Assembly: GCF_902652985.1 (NCBI RefSeq) | Contig: NC_047017.1 | Span: 31,620,001 to 31,684,000, forward strand | Direction: 5' to 3' | DNA from: Pecten maximus | Lineage: Eukaryota | Length of the DNA: 64,000 nt | In this document: piece after piece, positions 53,223 to 64,000 of the stretch | Layout: every line of letters begins with the position of its first letter | How positions within the stretch are numbered: position 1 is the first letter of the stretch | Made by a program: the position numbers and the translations under genes | Notes under the pieces: model-generated | Seen by the model: only the letters and a program-made list of their open reading frames with translations | What the model was told of the DNA's origin: nothing | The model's database searches: none

Positions 53223-56200
53223 TACCATGATGACTCGAGATCAGAAACAACAGAGGGTGGACGGACAAACCGGTCAGATCGCTCTAGTATCCAGGGTGAC
53301 AAAAAGGACCCCCAGCAGGCACAGATGGATAGTGATGCTAAACAACTGTTCAACGCCTCCAAGCTCATAGGCAGAGGCAAGTTTGTTGAGGTCTCCTATA
53401 CCTGATGTGAAAATTATAATGTGAATGTTTTAAAACTGAGTCATCTAAGGACCAGCTTAAACACAGGTTTCCATTTCTAAATCTCTAACCTTAAATAGTT
53501 TTCCACATAGCTTTAGACAGCATGCTCTTTTGTTTCATTTTTGGCTCTGTCTATTGAGGTGTCAAAATTAATCTATCATTTCATTAACATTACATGGGTG
53601 TGGTACATAGAAAGGAAATCAAGTGGCATTGTTAGTCTGCCTTCAGTAGTCACACTATATTTAGGGTGTTAATGAAGAGAGTTATCTCCCTGTAACCATT
53701 GTTTGTTCTTACTTCAGTTCACCCTGAAGACATCATTATCAGGACCTGTGTGAGACGCAACCAGAAACAGAGAATGAAGACTAAAGCCAGATTTGAGGAA
53801 CTCTATGAGCTGGTGAGGAAGAAACTGTTTATATTTTACTAATCAGTATATTATGTGTATCATGAGATATTAACTAAACTGACTGTTGTAACTATTGACT
53901 CATTATCTCTGGTTTAGGAAACAATTATATACAAGATTGATCATTTATCCACAGGAGCTGATTCCAGAGTTGAAGTCAGGGCTTGGAGCCAGCTGGCACC
54001 TTTTGATAGATGCTCTCCTGGACGACCGCACCACTTCCTCAGCCAGGGCTATGCATGATGCTTTAGAGGTATGCATCTGTTGGATGATACTTCATCTTAA
54101 TTTGTACGCAAATTATGTCAAACCTAGCCTGTATAACAAAAACCTGTCTATTAAGTCCACCTGATTTGGTGCCCAATGTAGCACAAGTAATGGCATATGA
54201 CTCTATAATATAAAAAACACCTGCCTAGAGGTCAATTTTCTTTGCTCCTTTGACAGACCTTTATTGACAGATGTACATCTATTTTCTGAGATTCTATGTT
54301 TGTATGTAAGTACAGGTCTGTGTGAAGTCATCATTCCTTTCTGAGTTTTAGTCTGTAGTATAATACTAAGTACAATGACTTCTTGCAGGAAGGGAACTAC
54401 AATACAGCCGTAGAGATTTTATGTCTGAGTACTCCGCAGTCCCTGGCCACATTGAACGACCTCTACAACAAAGGTGACAGATATTACCTATTTTAAAGAC
54501 TGTATACTTTGTCTATTATATGTCATGCATGTAATATTTTGGTGTATATGTCACTAGTGTAATATACCCTTGAGTGTTTTTCATTTGCTGCACAACAGTC
54601 AGAAATTGATTGTGATGTCATAATAATGGACAATGGTGTGAAGTCATGAATTTTACATTTGCACAAAAAAATGATGGCCTCCATTTGATTTTGCCTTCCA
54701 CATTTTCACTTTAAAACCTGTCAAAATGCAAGGTTTCTAAGTTAATATGTGATTAAAAGCATCTGATTTTTTTGTTTTCATTTCATATGAGGTTTTATTG
54801 TTGTTCATTAAAGACAAAAGGAATATTACCCCATGACTTACCATTCAAGATATTCACAGGGTAAAATAATTAGAAAGGTTAAAATACTGTAGAATTTAAC
54901 AATTATAGGAAGCATTGCTTCATCACATTAAATAATTGGTGTATCAACTGCTGTGGTCAAAGTTCAAGGCCACGAAACCGCTACGGCCAAAAAAGATTTT
55001 ATTTTCTTCTATAGGATACTTGACAGCATTACAGTTATCTCCCCTACACCAATATTTTACTTAAGAAATAATTAACAATGATTCGTGTATTATTGCAGGA
55101 TATACAACGAGGACGAGGATACTTTGCAATTAAATTAATAACGAAGGCCGCAGGCCTGAGTTATTAATTAAAATTGCAAAATATCCGAGTCCGAGTTGTA
55201 TATCCTGTAACAATACACGAGTCAAAGTTGATTATTTCTATTCTACCATGTACTGTTCAGTTCTGAGATCGACCTCTTTCTAATAGAAAAACAGCAAAGA
55301 AACCCCGGGAAAACCTTGTAATTTATTTGTTGAGTATTGCATTATTTGTTGATGAAATATACAGGCAATACAGTACTACGATCAAGAGCATCTATCATAT
55401 GGAATTGATTTTGAAAATTAAAAAAAAAAGATAAAAAAAAGAAAAAAGTGGGGGCCTCCGTAGGATTCGAACTCGCGTCGTGATAAAAATATATTGAAAG
55501 ACTAACCCATTAGCCCACTCGGCTATAGTAACCTTTTATGAAACGGTTGAATATTAGATATTTAAAATTGTAACAGCCGTGACTCACGAGCGTGTACTAT
55601 TGGCACGAGCGTGGGTTATTGGAAAATAATACACATGGTTTTTAACCAATCAAAACTGGCGTTACATAGCAAACATGGTAGAATAGTCAATCATGCACCT
55701 ATATTTTCATCTTTTCATCAGTTTCATGTGTATAAGCAAGTTTGATTTCTGTAGGGGACACCAGTTTAGATTTTCGAAGTTTTGTGAATTTATAACTGTA
55801 CTTATCAGGTAGTACTTCACATGTCTCAATCTGTTTTATTTATTACGTATAACCTCATATAATAAAATGTTGATAATAGCATTATGTTATTAGGTTTTAC
55901 ATCAATGTTGTATGTTGTAGACTATGCTGTGAGTTTGGAAGGAGACATCACTGATAAGACAGAGGCTCCAGAACAGACACTACTACTTGCCCTACAGAAG
56001 GTAAGGCAAGCCTGTCGTGTTTATTCTGGACTTTTCCCAAAAGACTCACAAATATGTATACCCAGTACCAATCAGAAATAACGACAACTAGTTCTATTTT
56101 TTATATTATTTATTCCCTATGGTGATACACCACAGAAAACTGTATAAAAACTCTCCCTATTAGCAGTAAATATCTGAGTGAGGTCAGGTTCTGTGATGAA

Positions 56201-59200
56201 ATATTCCTCGTTTTCCCTGGTAATAAACAAAATAAATCTGTATAATTAGAACACTGCCTTTCAGTAGTAAATAAACCTCATATCAGGACAGTTAAAGGGT
56301 GTCTCCTGGGACATATCATCTGTTCTTTATTCCACATAGATCCATCTAGATCCATCATAAAAATTCATCAGACCTAAACATGGCTATAAAATGAGTCTTT
56401 ATGTCCTTGCCAGGGCCGTGATGAGTCTGTAAAGGTAGAGGAGAAGCAGGCTGAGAAGGATGCAGATTCTCTGTACGAGGTAAGCTTCTAGAGTTTAGAA
56501 TTGGAAAGATATAGTATGGTAATTGCCATCAGATGGCTTCAGTTCGCTGACTTACTTTTTGTTTTGACTTTTTTGAATTTTAAAGAAATTAGATGTAAAT
56601 TCAATAAATAGAAAAGCTTACTGTTCATTATTTGAAAAACAAAAACCAGCAAATTTATCAAGAGATGTATAACAGACAACACTGCACCTAAAATCTTGAT
56701 TGAATATTTTGATTTTGCAGTCTGGTGATGGTCGTTGGAGTAGTGACACAGGCCCTTTCATTAAGATGGTTTGTGCCCGTAATTTTGCCCATATCCGAGT
56801 TGTCTTGAACCTGTATAGAGTTCTGACAGGGGGCAAGGATGTGACAGAGGATATAAAGAATGAATGTTCCCGACAGTATGCGGACTGTCTGGTCACCATG
56901 GGTATGTTGATGTTTCACTAACCAGTCTAGGTCATGTCCCGAGAGCAATATCTGTGTGTCACAAATAATAATAATATGTACTTCAGACAGGGGGTGAACC
57001 ATCTGATTAAAAAAAAAAAAATTGAACTGTCAAATCCAGAACTCTTGTTTTGAAAGCAGATTATTGAACAAGTCAAACTCAATAACTCTCTAAATTTCCT
57101 AAATTCCCTGTGAACCAACAATGGTAACCTTTTTAACAAAATAGGCCATATGTTCAATGTTGGCAAACAAATTTTCCTTCTAGGTTTTCCTAGGAAAACA
57201 GGTGTACATCATGTTTTTTGATAAGCCATGTATTACCATTGGGTCACTCTTACCTTAGTTTAGGCTTTGACTTTGGTCAAAGTATAAACAATTAACAAAT
57301 TAATATGCATTTCCTGGAAATATCTCAGCAACTTCCATGCTAAGACATCAAATTTGTTATGGAGGTACTTATAAGGAAGCTATTTGATATATTCATGACT
57401 TTGGTAATACAGTGACCTCTATTTGACAATTGACATTGACCTCAGTAAATAATGAAGTATAGGTTTCTAGGACATACATGTACTTTGGTTTCATGTAAAG
57501 TATAGACTTAATGGACTTGGGAAAATATCATCACTTCTGTTTGACCTTTGACATCCAATGCCTAAATATATTTTCCCATGTCATATAGGTTTATATATGT
57601 CTTTAGGCTTGATATGTCCTACAACAGAGTCAAGAAATATGTTTGGTATCAAAAAGAATAATGTGATCTGTTTGATCTTTGGCTTTTTACAAATTACTAA
57701 AATACAAGTTTACATAGCATATCTCACTAAATTGTTATATGGAATTCCATCTTGGTATAAGGCACTTTATCACAAACCAAAATGTGAACCTTGAAACACA
57801 GGTTCAGTCGACATATCTTGCCCACCTGTTGGGAAATCACACTTAGTAGTCAGGCGTTACAGATTAAGAGAATATGAGTTGAATGTTTGGTGCTATTACA
57901 TTTTCTAAACACGATTTAAGACTTTGTAGCATTTCTATTTAATTAGCTATGGTTCTACTGAGTATAAATTAATCTTACACAGCCATATGTATCTAAATCA
58001 AGAGCTTTTCCAGTATGCAAGGATTAGACTGAGCATAGACAATTAATGCTGGGAAACGTTATTTTTGGATGTAAATCAGTAGATTTTTGGTACGATAATT
58101 TGAGGATGTGATCTCTGTCATACCCAGTAGTAATTCAATTGTCTGGCAGTGTAGATGAAGGGCTGATTGAATTGGAATACCTAATGCTTGTAGAAATGCT
58201 GTGATATTGTAAAGACTCTCTACAAAACATGCAACATGTCCATAGTAATAGATTTCCCACAGGAGATCATGCCAGAGTCAACTTTCCTTCTATAATTATG
58301 TATTCCATTCTGAACTTGTTTTTTCCCCTTGATGCTGATATAAATGCAATACAAATGAACTGACATCAGGAGATTTAAGTGTGTTTGGTAATGCAATGTG
58401 AAATCTCATTATCCTCGTACCTGATAAATAATAGCTGTTTTGATGTGCTGGTTTCTGCTTCTGACGTTTCCCACGTGTTTAGAAAGGAAACATAATACTA
58501 CCGTTGTCCCTTTGAATAGCCCCAAATTGTCATTTTGAATTTTGACGTATGAATTTTTTAAATGCTTTTCTAAGGAACTCCTGAAGAGATATTCTTGAAA
58601 TATAAGAGGCATAGTTAGTATAGGTTTTTGTTGTACATACCATATGTTGAAGATTGATATTTAACTTGTATTTTTCTATTACAGTGAATTGTGTGAGAGG
58701 GACTGATACTAATATTTATATTTTTAGGTCACCTGAGACAAAGTCTCATTCATGGGTAAAGGTCAGGGGGGGTTGGCAAAAAGGGTTTTATCGACTAAAA
58801 TTTTAGAAATCTTCTCAACTCCCAGATATGGTAGATTCAAATGCTCTTCACAAACAAAATTGTGAATTTCATGATCCTGGGGTCTCACATTTGCCCCTTG
58901 GGAGGAGGTAAACTTTACTGTAGTTTATTTTAAAAAAAATCTTCTTTTTTTTACTATATCATTTATTTCATTTCTATTGCACTACATTCTAACTTGGTTA
59001 ACATTATAATCATGGGATGACAGTTTGATGGTATGCACATGTTGCCCCTGACTGACCCCCAAGGACTGATGGTTGGGGCCAAGAAGGGTCAAATTAGCTT
59101 CATATACATCATAGACCACAGAAGGTAGAATCAAATACTCTTCATAGATGGAAGGGTCTTAAGGTGCTATACAAAAATTGTGAATTTCATAACCCTGGGA

Positions 59201-60549
59201 GGAGAAAAACTTTACTATAGTTTATATAAGGAAATCACATTTTTGACTATCATTTGTTTCATTTCTATTGGAATTAGCACTTTTGGAAGGCAGTTTGCTG
59301 ATATGCAATTATTAGGCCCAAGTGATCCCCAGGGGGTGATGGATGGGGTAAAAAAGGTCAAATGTACAGAAATACCAGGTATATACATTCTGTATATCAG
59401 AAACTTAGGTGACCATTAAGGCCCATGGGCCTCTTGTTCTTGCAGTGAATTGTGTGAGAGGGACTGACACTTATTTATATTTCTCTTTATTACAGTGAAT
59501 TGTGTGAGAGGGACTGATACTTATTTATATTTCTCTTTATTTCAGTGAATTGTGTGAGAGGAGCTGATACTTATTTATATTTCTCTTTATTACAGTGAAT
59601 TGTGTGAGAGGAGCTGATACTTATTTATATTTCTCTTTATTACAGTGAATTGTGTGAGAGGAGCTGATACTTAATTATATTTCTCTTTATTACAGTGAAT
59701 TGTGTGAGAGGGACTGATACTTATTTATATTTCTCTTTATTACAGTGAATTGTGTGAGAGGAGCTGATACTTATTTATATTTCTCTTTATTACAGTGAAT
59801 TGTGTGAGAGGAGCTGATACTTAATTATATTTCTCTTTATTACAGTGAATTGTGTGAGAGGGACTGATACTTATTTATATTTCTCTTTATTACAGTGAAT
59901 TGTGTGAGAGGAGCTGATACTTATTTATATTTCTCTTTATTACAGTGAATTGTGTGAGAGGGACTGATACTTATTTATATTTCTCTTTATTACAGTGAAT
60001 TGTGTGAGAGGAGCTGATACTTATTTATATTTCTCTTTATTACAGTGAATTGTGTGAGAGGAGCTGATACTTATTTATATTTCTCTTTATTTCAGTGAAT
60101 TGTGTGAGAGGAGCTGATACTTATTTATATTTCTCTTTATTACAGTGAATTGTGTGAGAGGAGCTGATACTTAATTATATTTCTCTTTATTTCAGTGAAT
60201 TGTGTGAGAGGGACTGACACTTATTTATATTTCTCTTTATTACAGTGAATTGTGTGAGAGGAGCTGATACTAATTTATATTTCTCTTTATTACAGTGAAT
60301 TGTGTGAGAGGAGCTGATACTTAATTATATTTCTCTTCATTTCAGTGAATTGTGTGAGAGGGACTGACACTTATTTATATTTCTCTTTATTACAGTGAAT
60401 TGTGTTAGAGGAGCTGATACTTATTTATATTTCTCTTTATTACAGTGAATTGTGTGAGAGGAGCTGATACTTATTTTGCTGATAAGATTTTCAAGAACAT
60501 GTCTGCCAAAGACCAAGACTTTGTAAACATGTTGGTAGCTCGGTCTGAG
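53223..60549 (+). CDS. Divergent annexin core (repeats 1-4; last exon(s) not found in this window)
   Basis: Exons 53223-53376 (..DSDAKQLFNASKLIGR, GC donor), 53718-53812 (95 nt, EDIIIRTCVRRNQKQRMKTKARFEELY), 53955-54068 (114 nt, ELIPELKSGLG..ARAMHDAL), 54389-54473 (VEILCLSTPQSL..Y), 55921-56000 (80 nt, SLEGDITDKT..LLLAL), 56414-56479 (GRDES..AEKDADSLYE), 56721-56901 (GDGRWSSD..FI..RNFAHIRVV..Y..DVTEDIKNE), 60446-60549 (VNCVR..YFADKIFKNM..LVARSE). Motifs and the 95/114/80-nt exon sizes match the conserved annexin gene structure. Confidence 0.9.
55069..55686. mobile_element. Non-autonomous element with a long terminal hairpin and asymmetric inverted repeats
   Basis: Inverted arms of about 75 bp (55069-55142 and 55159-55235) around gaaggccgcaggcctga; inverted repeat ctattctaccatgt (55238) and acatggtagaatag (55673). 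Confidence 0.7.
55451..55533 (-). pseudogene. tRNA-like / Pol III cassette inside the hairpin element
   Basis: A-box TAGCCGAGTGG, B-box GAGTTCGAATCC with T-arm, downstream T-run; acceptor and anticodon stems are degenerate. Confidence 0.5.
58721..59438 (+). mobile_element. HINE-type element inserted in the first unit of the 50-bp acceptor array
   Basis: 5' tttttaggtcacctgag, 3' aggtgaccattaaggcccatgggcctcttgtt; flanked by array sequence on both sides. Confidence 0.85.
59442..60475 (+). repeat. 50-bp minisatellite (21 units) that is a tandem amplification of an annexin 3' splice site
   Basis: Unit ttatttatatttctctttattacag|tgaattgtgtgagaggagctgatac; the last unit is the real start of exon 60446-60549; an orphan unit lies at about 58670-58720. 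Confidence 0.97.
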
Positions 60550-60790
60550 GTAAGTTGATGTTTCAATGAAAATGGTGATCTTAAGTAAACTTCTCACAAA
60601 TGAGATGATTGTGTTGAATGATCCTATTGAAAGACCTACATTTCCACTGCTGTATATACTGATAATGGAGTCCATTATTTCCTAAAAGAACTTTCCTACA
60701 TTACCTTGTATACGTTCTTCAATGTTGGTTTGTATTCATGCAGTTTTAAAATCTTTAAAAATCAATCACAAAGTATTGCCAAGGGTCCAA

Positions 60791-61583
60791 TTTTTAGGTG
60801 ACCTGAGCAAAGCGTCTGTTGTCATGCATAGTCAGTTGTCTGTCGTCCATCGGTCGTTGTCAGTTGTCTGTTGTTAGTTAACATTTTCTTATTTTTGATA
60901 AGGTTTTGCAGAAACCTTCCTGGGCCAAAGGTCAACCAAAATTGTGGTCCTCGCCACTCATGTACCTGAGGGGCAGTGCCAAAAGATATCAAATTGACTG
61001 AAAAATCTTCTCAAGACCCATATATAATAGAATTAAATACTCTTCATAGATCTATGGAAGTGTCTGGAGGTGCTTTTTCAAAAATTGTAAATATCATTAC
61101 CCAATTCTGGGTATCATGTTTTTCCTTTGGAGCTGGCTAAACTTTAGTTTATCTAGGAAATCACATTTTTGAGCATAATAATTTGTTGAATTTCAATCGG
61201 AATTTATTCTAGCTTGTTTAGAATTAGCAGTTTGATGGTATGCTTATGTTGGCCCTGACTGACCCCCAGGGACTGATGGGTGGGGCCAAAAAGGGTCAAA
61301 TTGACAGAAATTTCAAAAAATTTCTTCTCAAGACCCATATAATGTAAAATCAAATAATCTTCATAGTTGGAAGTGTCTTACATTTACTAATTAAGGTTCT
61401 TTACCAAAATTGTGAATTTCATGAACCTGGAGCCTCACCTTTGCCCCCAGTTTGGGATGGCAGTTTGATGGTATGCACATGTTGGCCTGACTGACCCCCA
61501 GATGTACTGCAGGGCTAAAAGGGTCTTATTGACAGAAATATTTCAGAACCCAGGTGACCATGAAGGCCCTTGGGTCTCTTGTT
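60791..61583 (+). mobile_element. HINE-type element, same family as 58721-59438
   Basis: 5' tttttaggtgacctgag, degenerate (gtc)n tract, shared internal sequence (ctgactgacccccagggactgatgg..ggggccaaaaagggtcaaatt), 3' ccaggtgaccatgaaggcccttgggtctcttgtt. Confidence 0.8.
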
Positions 61584-62532
61584 GGATACTGCCAAGGTTC
61601 CCATTTTAGATAAAGGAATTAACCTTTCTCTTAGATTTTATTTGATAAAACAGTAATGTAACAAATAGTTGTTAATACATGTAGAAGTATTACACCAGGG
61701 GTTCTGTAGAGCTGTGTTTTAAGTAACATTTATTGAACTGCTGTCCTTGCTGCAACATTTACATACTTTTGGCATCTTTTTATCAAAGTTCAGATTTAAC
61801 ATCAACATTCCTGTAGGATGAAGATTCATAAATATTCTGATCTCTGTCCCTCTTACTAAGGAGAAGGTTGTTCTGTCTGAGGTAGTATTGACTGTGACAT
61901 TCATCGTAAATGCCAGGAATGTTTAGGGCTGTCTGTGACAGAGTAAGAGTATCTATGATGACTGTATTGGGTACCAAGGATAATTTCATTGGGTTTTTTT
62001 CCCCTTTTGACTGGGCCTAATCAATACATCTGGTAATGTACTGAAAGCGCTTTGTAGTCATTGTCCCCAAAGAATTTGTTTCCATTTTGTCTGTGTTTTC
62101 GCTGGAAACAATAAATGAGAAGTGATGGTGATGACGACAATTTTGTATATAACTCCCCCACAGTTTTCCGGACTGAACATCAGCCTGTCTCCATCTGGAC
62201 TGGTACTCGGGTTTCCTCCAACATATACCATTTTAACCAAAATTGTAAGCTGACACTTCAGTTAGGGTATCCTGTATAAAACATTTCTATAGTTTTAATG
62301 AAAATCTTCATTTCACAAGCTTAAAATAAATTAAACCACGCCTAACAAGAGTATGGTAATTGTAAGTCATTGTTATAAAATGAGTATAATTAGTTATTAT
62401 ATTCAATATCTGTCAGAATCTAGATTTATTTCTATACCAGTGATAGTGTGATCAGTTCATTACAAGCTTCCAACAAAAATATTGTTCAAATCCAGTTTAG
62501 TGTTTTATGTTAATCGTGAAGATCAAGAAAAA

Positions 62533-62884
62533 AGAATGATTAGATATAGATGTTTACTGAACAAGAAACAAGAATGATAAGATATAGATGTTTACTGAAC
62601 AAGAAACAAGAATGATTAGATATAGATGTTTACTGAACAAGCAACAAGAATGATTAGATATAGATGTTTACTGAACAAGAAACAAGAATGATTAGATATA
62701 GATGTTTACTGAACAAGTAACAAGAATGATAAGATATAGATGTTTACTGAACAAGAAACAAGAATGATTAGATATAGATGTTTACTGAACAAGAAACAAG
62801 AATGATTAGATATAGATGTTTACTGAACAAGCAACAAGAATGATTAGATATAGATTTTTACTGAACAAGAAACAAGAATGATTA
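62533..62884. repeat. 38-bp minisatellite (about 9 units); the last unit resumes at 63522
   Basis: Unit agaatgattagatatagatgtttactgaacaagaaaca. Confidence 0.95.
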
Positions 62885-63521
62885 GGTAGCAGTGTACAGT
62901 AAAAATGCCCAATTCTGAAAAATATGGCACATGTTTTAGATATGTGAACATTGCCAGTTAACCCTACATATTACCTCTAATAAAGTATATATATTTGTAA
63001 TCTTTACAACATTTGCAATTTTAATACAGCTCTGAAGGATAAGTAAACTTATTTTTCTGTGATTTTTAGAGCTGTGAATACCATGGTAACAGCTTAAAAA
63101 TTGCTAAAAAATTGCAAAATATTATGATATTTGACCCAAAATGACAGAATTCTCTACACAATTTTTCTTTCTGAAACCTATTTGAAATTAAATATGTCTA
63201 TCCCAAAGACAGAATTAATCTTGTTTTGACATATGTTGTAAATTAAGTTTTCCTGCTATCTTACCTTTTCTGTGGGCTTCCATTTTTTGCTGTAGGCAGA
63301 ACTAAATTTCCTGTGTAAACACACTTACGGAAAATCCGGAAATTTAAAATCCGGAACCAATTAATTGATTTTTGTTTTAACAAATGTGAAGCCTGTATGT
63401 ACTACTTCATACTGAATATACCAATTATAGTGTACATTTATTTTTTCATTTTTTTATGCATATCATAATACAGGAGTTAAAAATTGTCCATGGCCAGGCT
63501 GTCCTACTGTAGTGTGCTACC
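62885..63521. mobile_element. MITE with TIRs of about 17 bp and a TTA target duplication (Harbinger- or Kolobok-like)
   Basis: tta|ggtagcagtgtacagta ... tactgtagtgtgctacc|tta; removing the element restores the minisatellite unit gattagatatagatgtttactgaac. Confidence 0.75.
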
Positions 63522-64000
63522 TTAGATATAGATGTTTACTGAACTTTATACAGGTTGGTCCCTAGTTGTTGTTTACAGTGCTTGTTTTCATGAGAGTACA
63601 TAGAAAATAGAAAAAGGAATCATTACAGTGTAGCTACAGCTGTTTGATTACAACTTTATACAGCTTCATACTTCCCTGTACTCCAGTGGTCATTTGTCAG
63701 ATGATTCAAGGTGGCGGTGTAGAGAGACATAAAATCCATAAATAGTTGTGATGTACAAAAATCTGTTGACGTAAAATATTTTGACTTCTTCTTACTGTTG
63801 TATGAGTGCCTGTAACCTTAGATTTCAGACTAAAACAGATATTTTAACTTAAATAATGTGACTTATTGTTCAAAATACAAATAGAATTAAACATTAACTT
63901 GAGAACATAAACAGAAGTCAATAATAGCCAAGATAATATGTCTGTATTAGCTAAACTGTGGTGTAATTACATAAACATGTGGCCAGACTTAGATTACATG

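Noticed and set aside
59442-60475. CRISPR-like regular arrays (also 48013-49280 and 41820-43122)
   Set aside because: No unique spacers, no cas genes, eukaryotic intron context
62150-62230. V/Deu-SINE-like fragment (ggtactcgggtttcctcc)
   Set aside because: Too short and degenerate to delimit
63701-63760. Possible final annexin exon after ttgtcag
   Set aside because: The translation (MIQGGGVERHKIHK then stop) lacks the expected annexin repeat-4 pattern

Overview
AT-rich, intron-rich eukaryotic DNA, most likely from a bivalve mollusc; this is inferred from pearl/CvA-type Helentron-derived elements and (AAAC)n-tailed SINEs. Almost all ORFs in the supplied track are spurious. Two spliced transcription units could be reconstructed by hand. 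(1) A minus-strand TTLL15-like ATP-grasp ligase has 9 coding exons (7752 to 978, continuing off the left edge) and an N-terminal signal-anchor helix. (2) Head-to-head with it is a long plus-strand unit whose phase-compatible exons run as follows: a CFAP97/KIAA1430-type domain (18.7-33 kb), several microexons, then either a terminal Lys/Ser/Thr-rich exon (40.6-41.1 kb) or a 1.57-kb repeat-rich exon followed by a degenerate annexin core (53.2-60.5 kb, continuing off the right edge) reached through two GC-AG introns. The introns hold at least 12 minisatellites, about 9 Helentron-like non-autonomous elements (four of them chained head-to-tail), SINEs, a MITE and a hairpin element carrying a tRNA-like cassette. 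The most notable observations are three independent minisatellites that are amplified exon/intron junctions (one places 20 stop-inducing decoy 3' splice sites in front of an annexin exon), a candidate CFAP97-domain/annexin fusion protein, and a TTLL enzyme that looks lumen-facing. All gene models were derived by hand and need RNA evidence.
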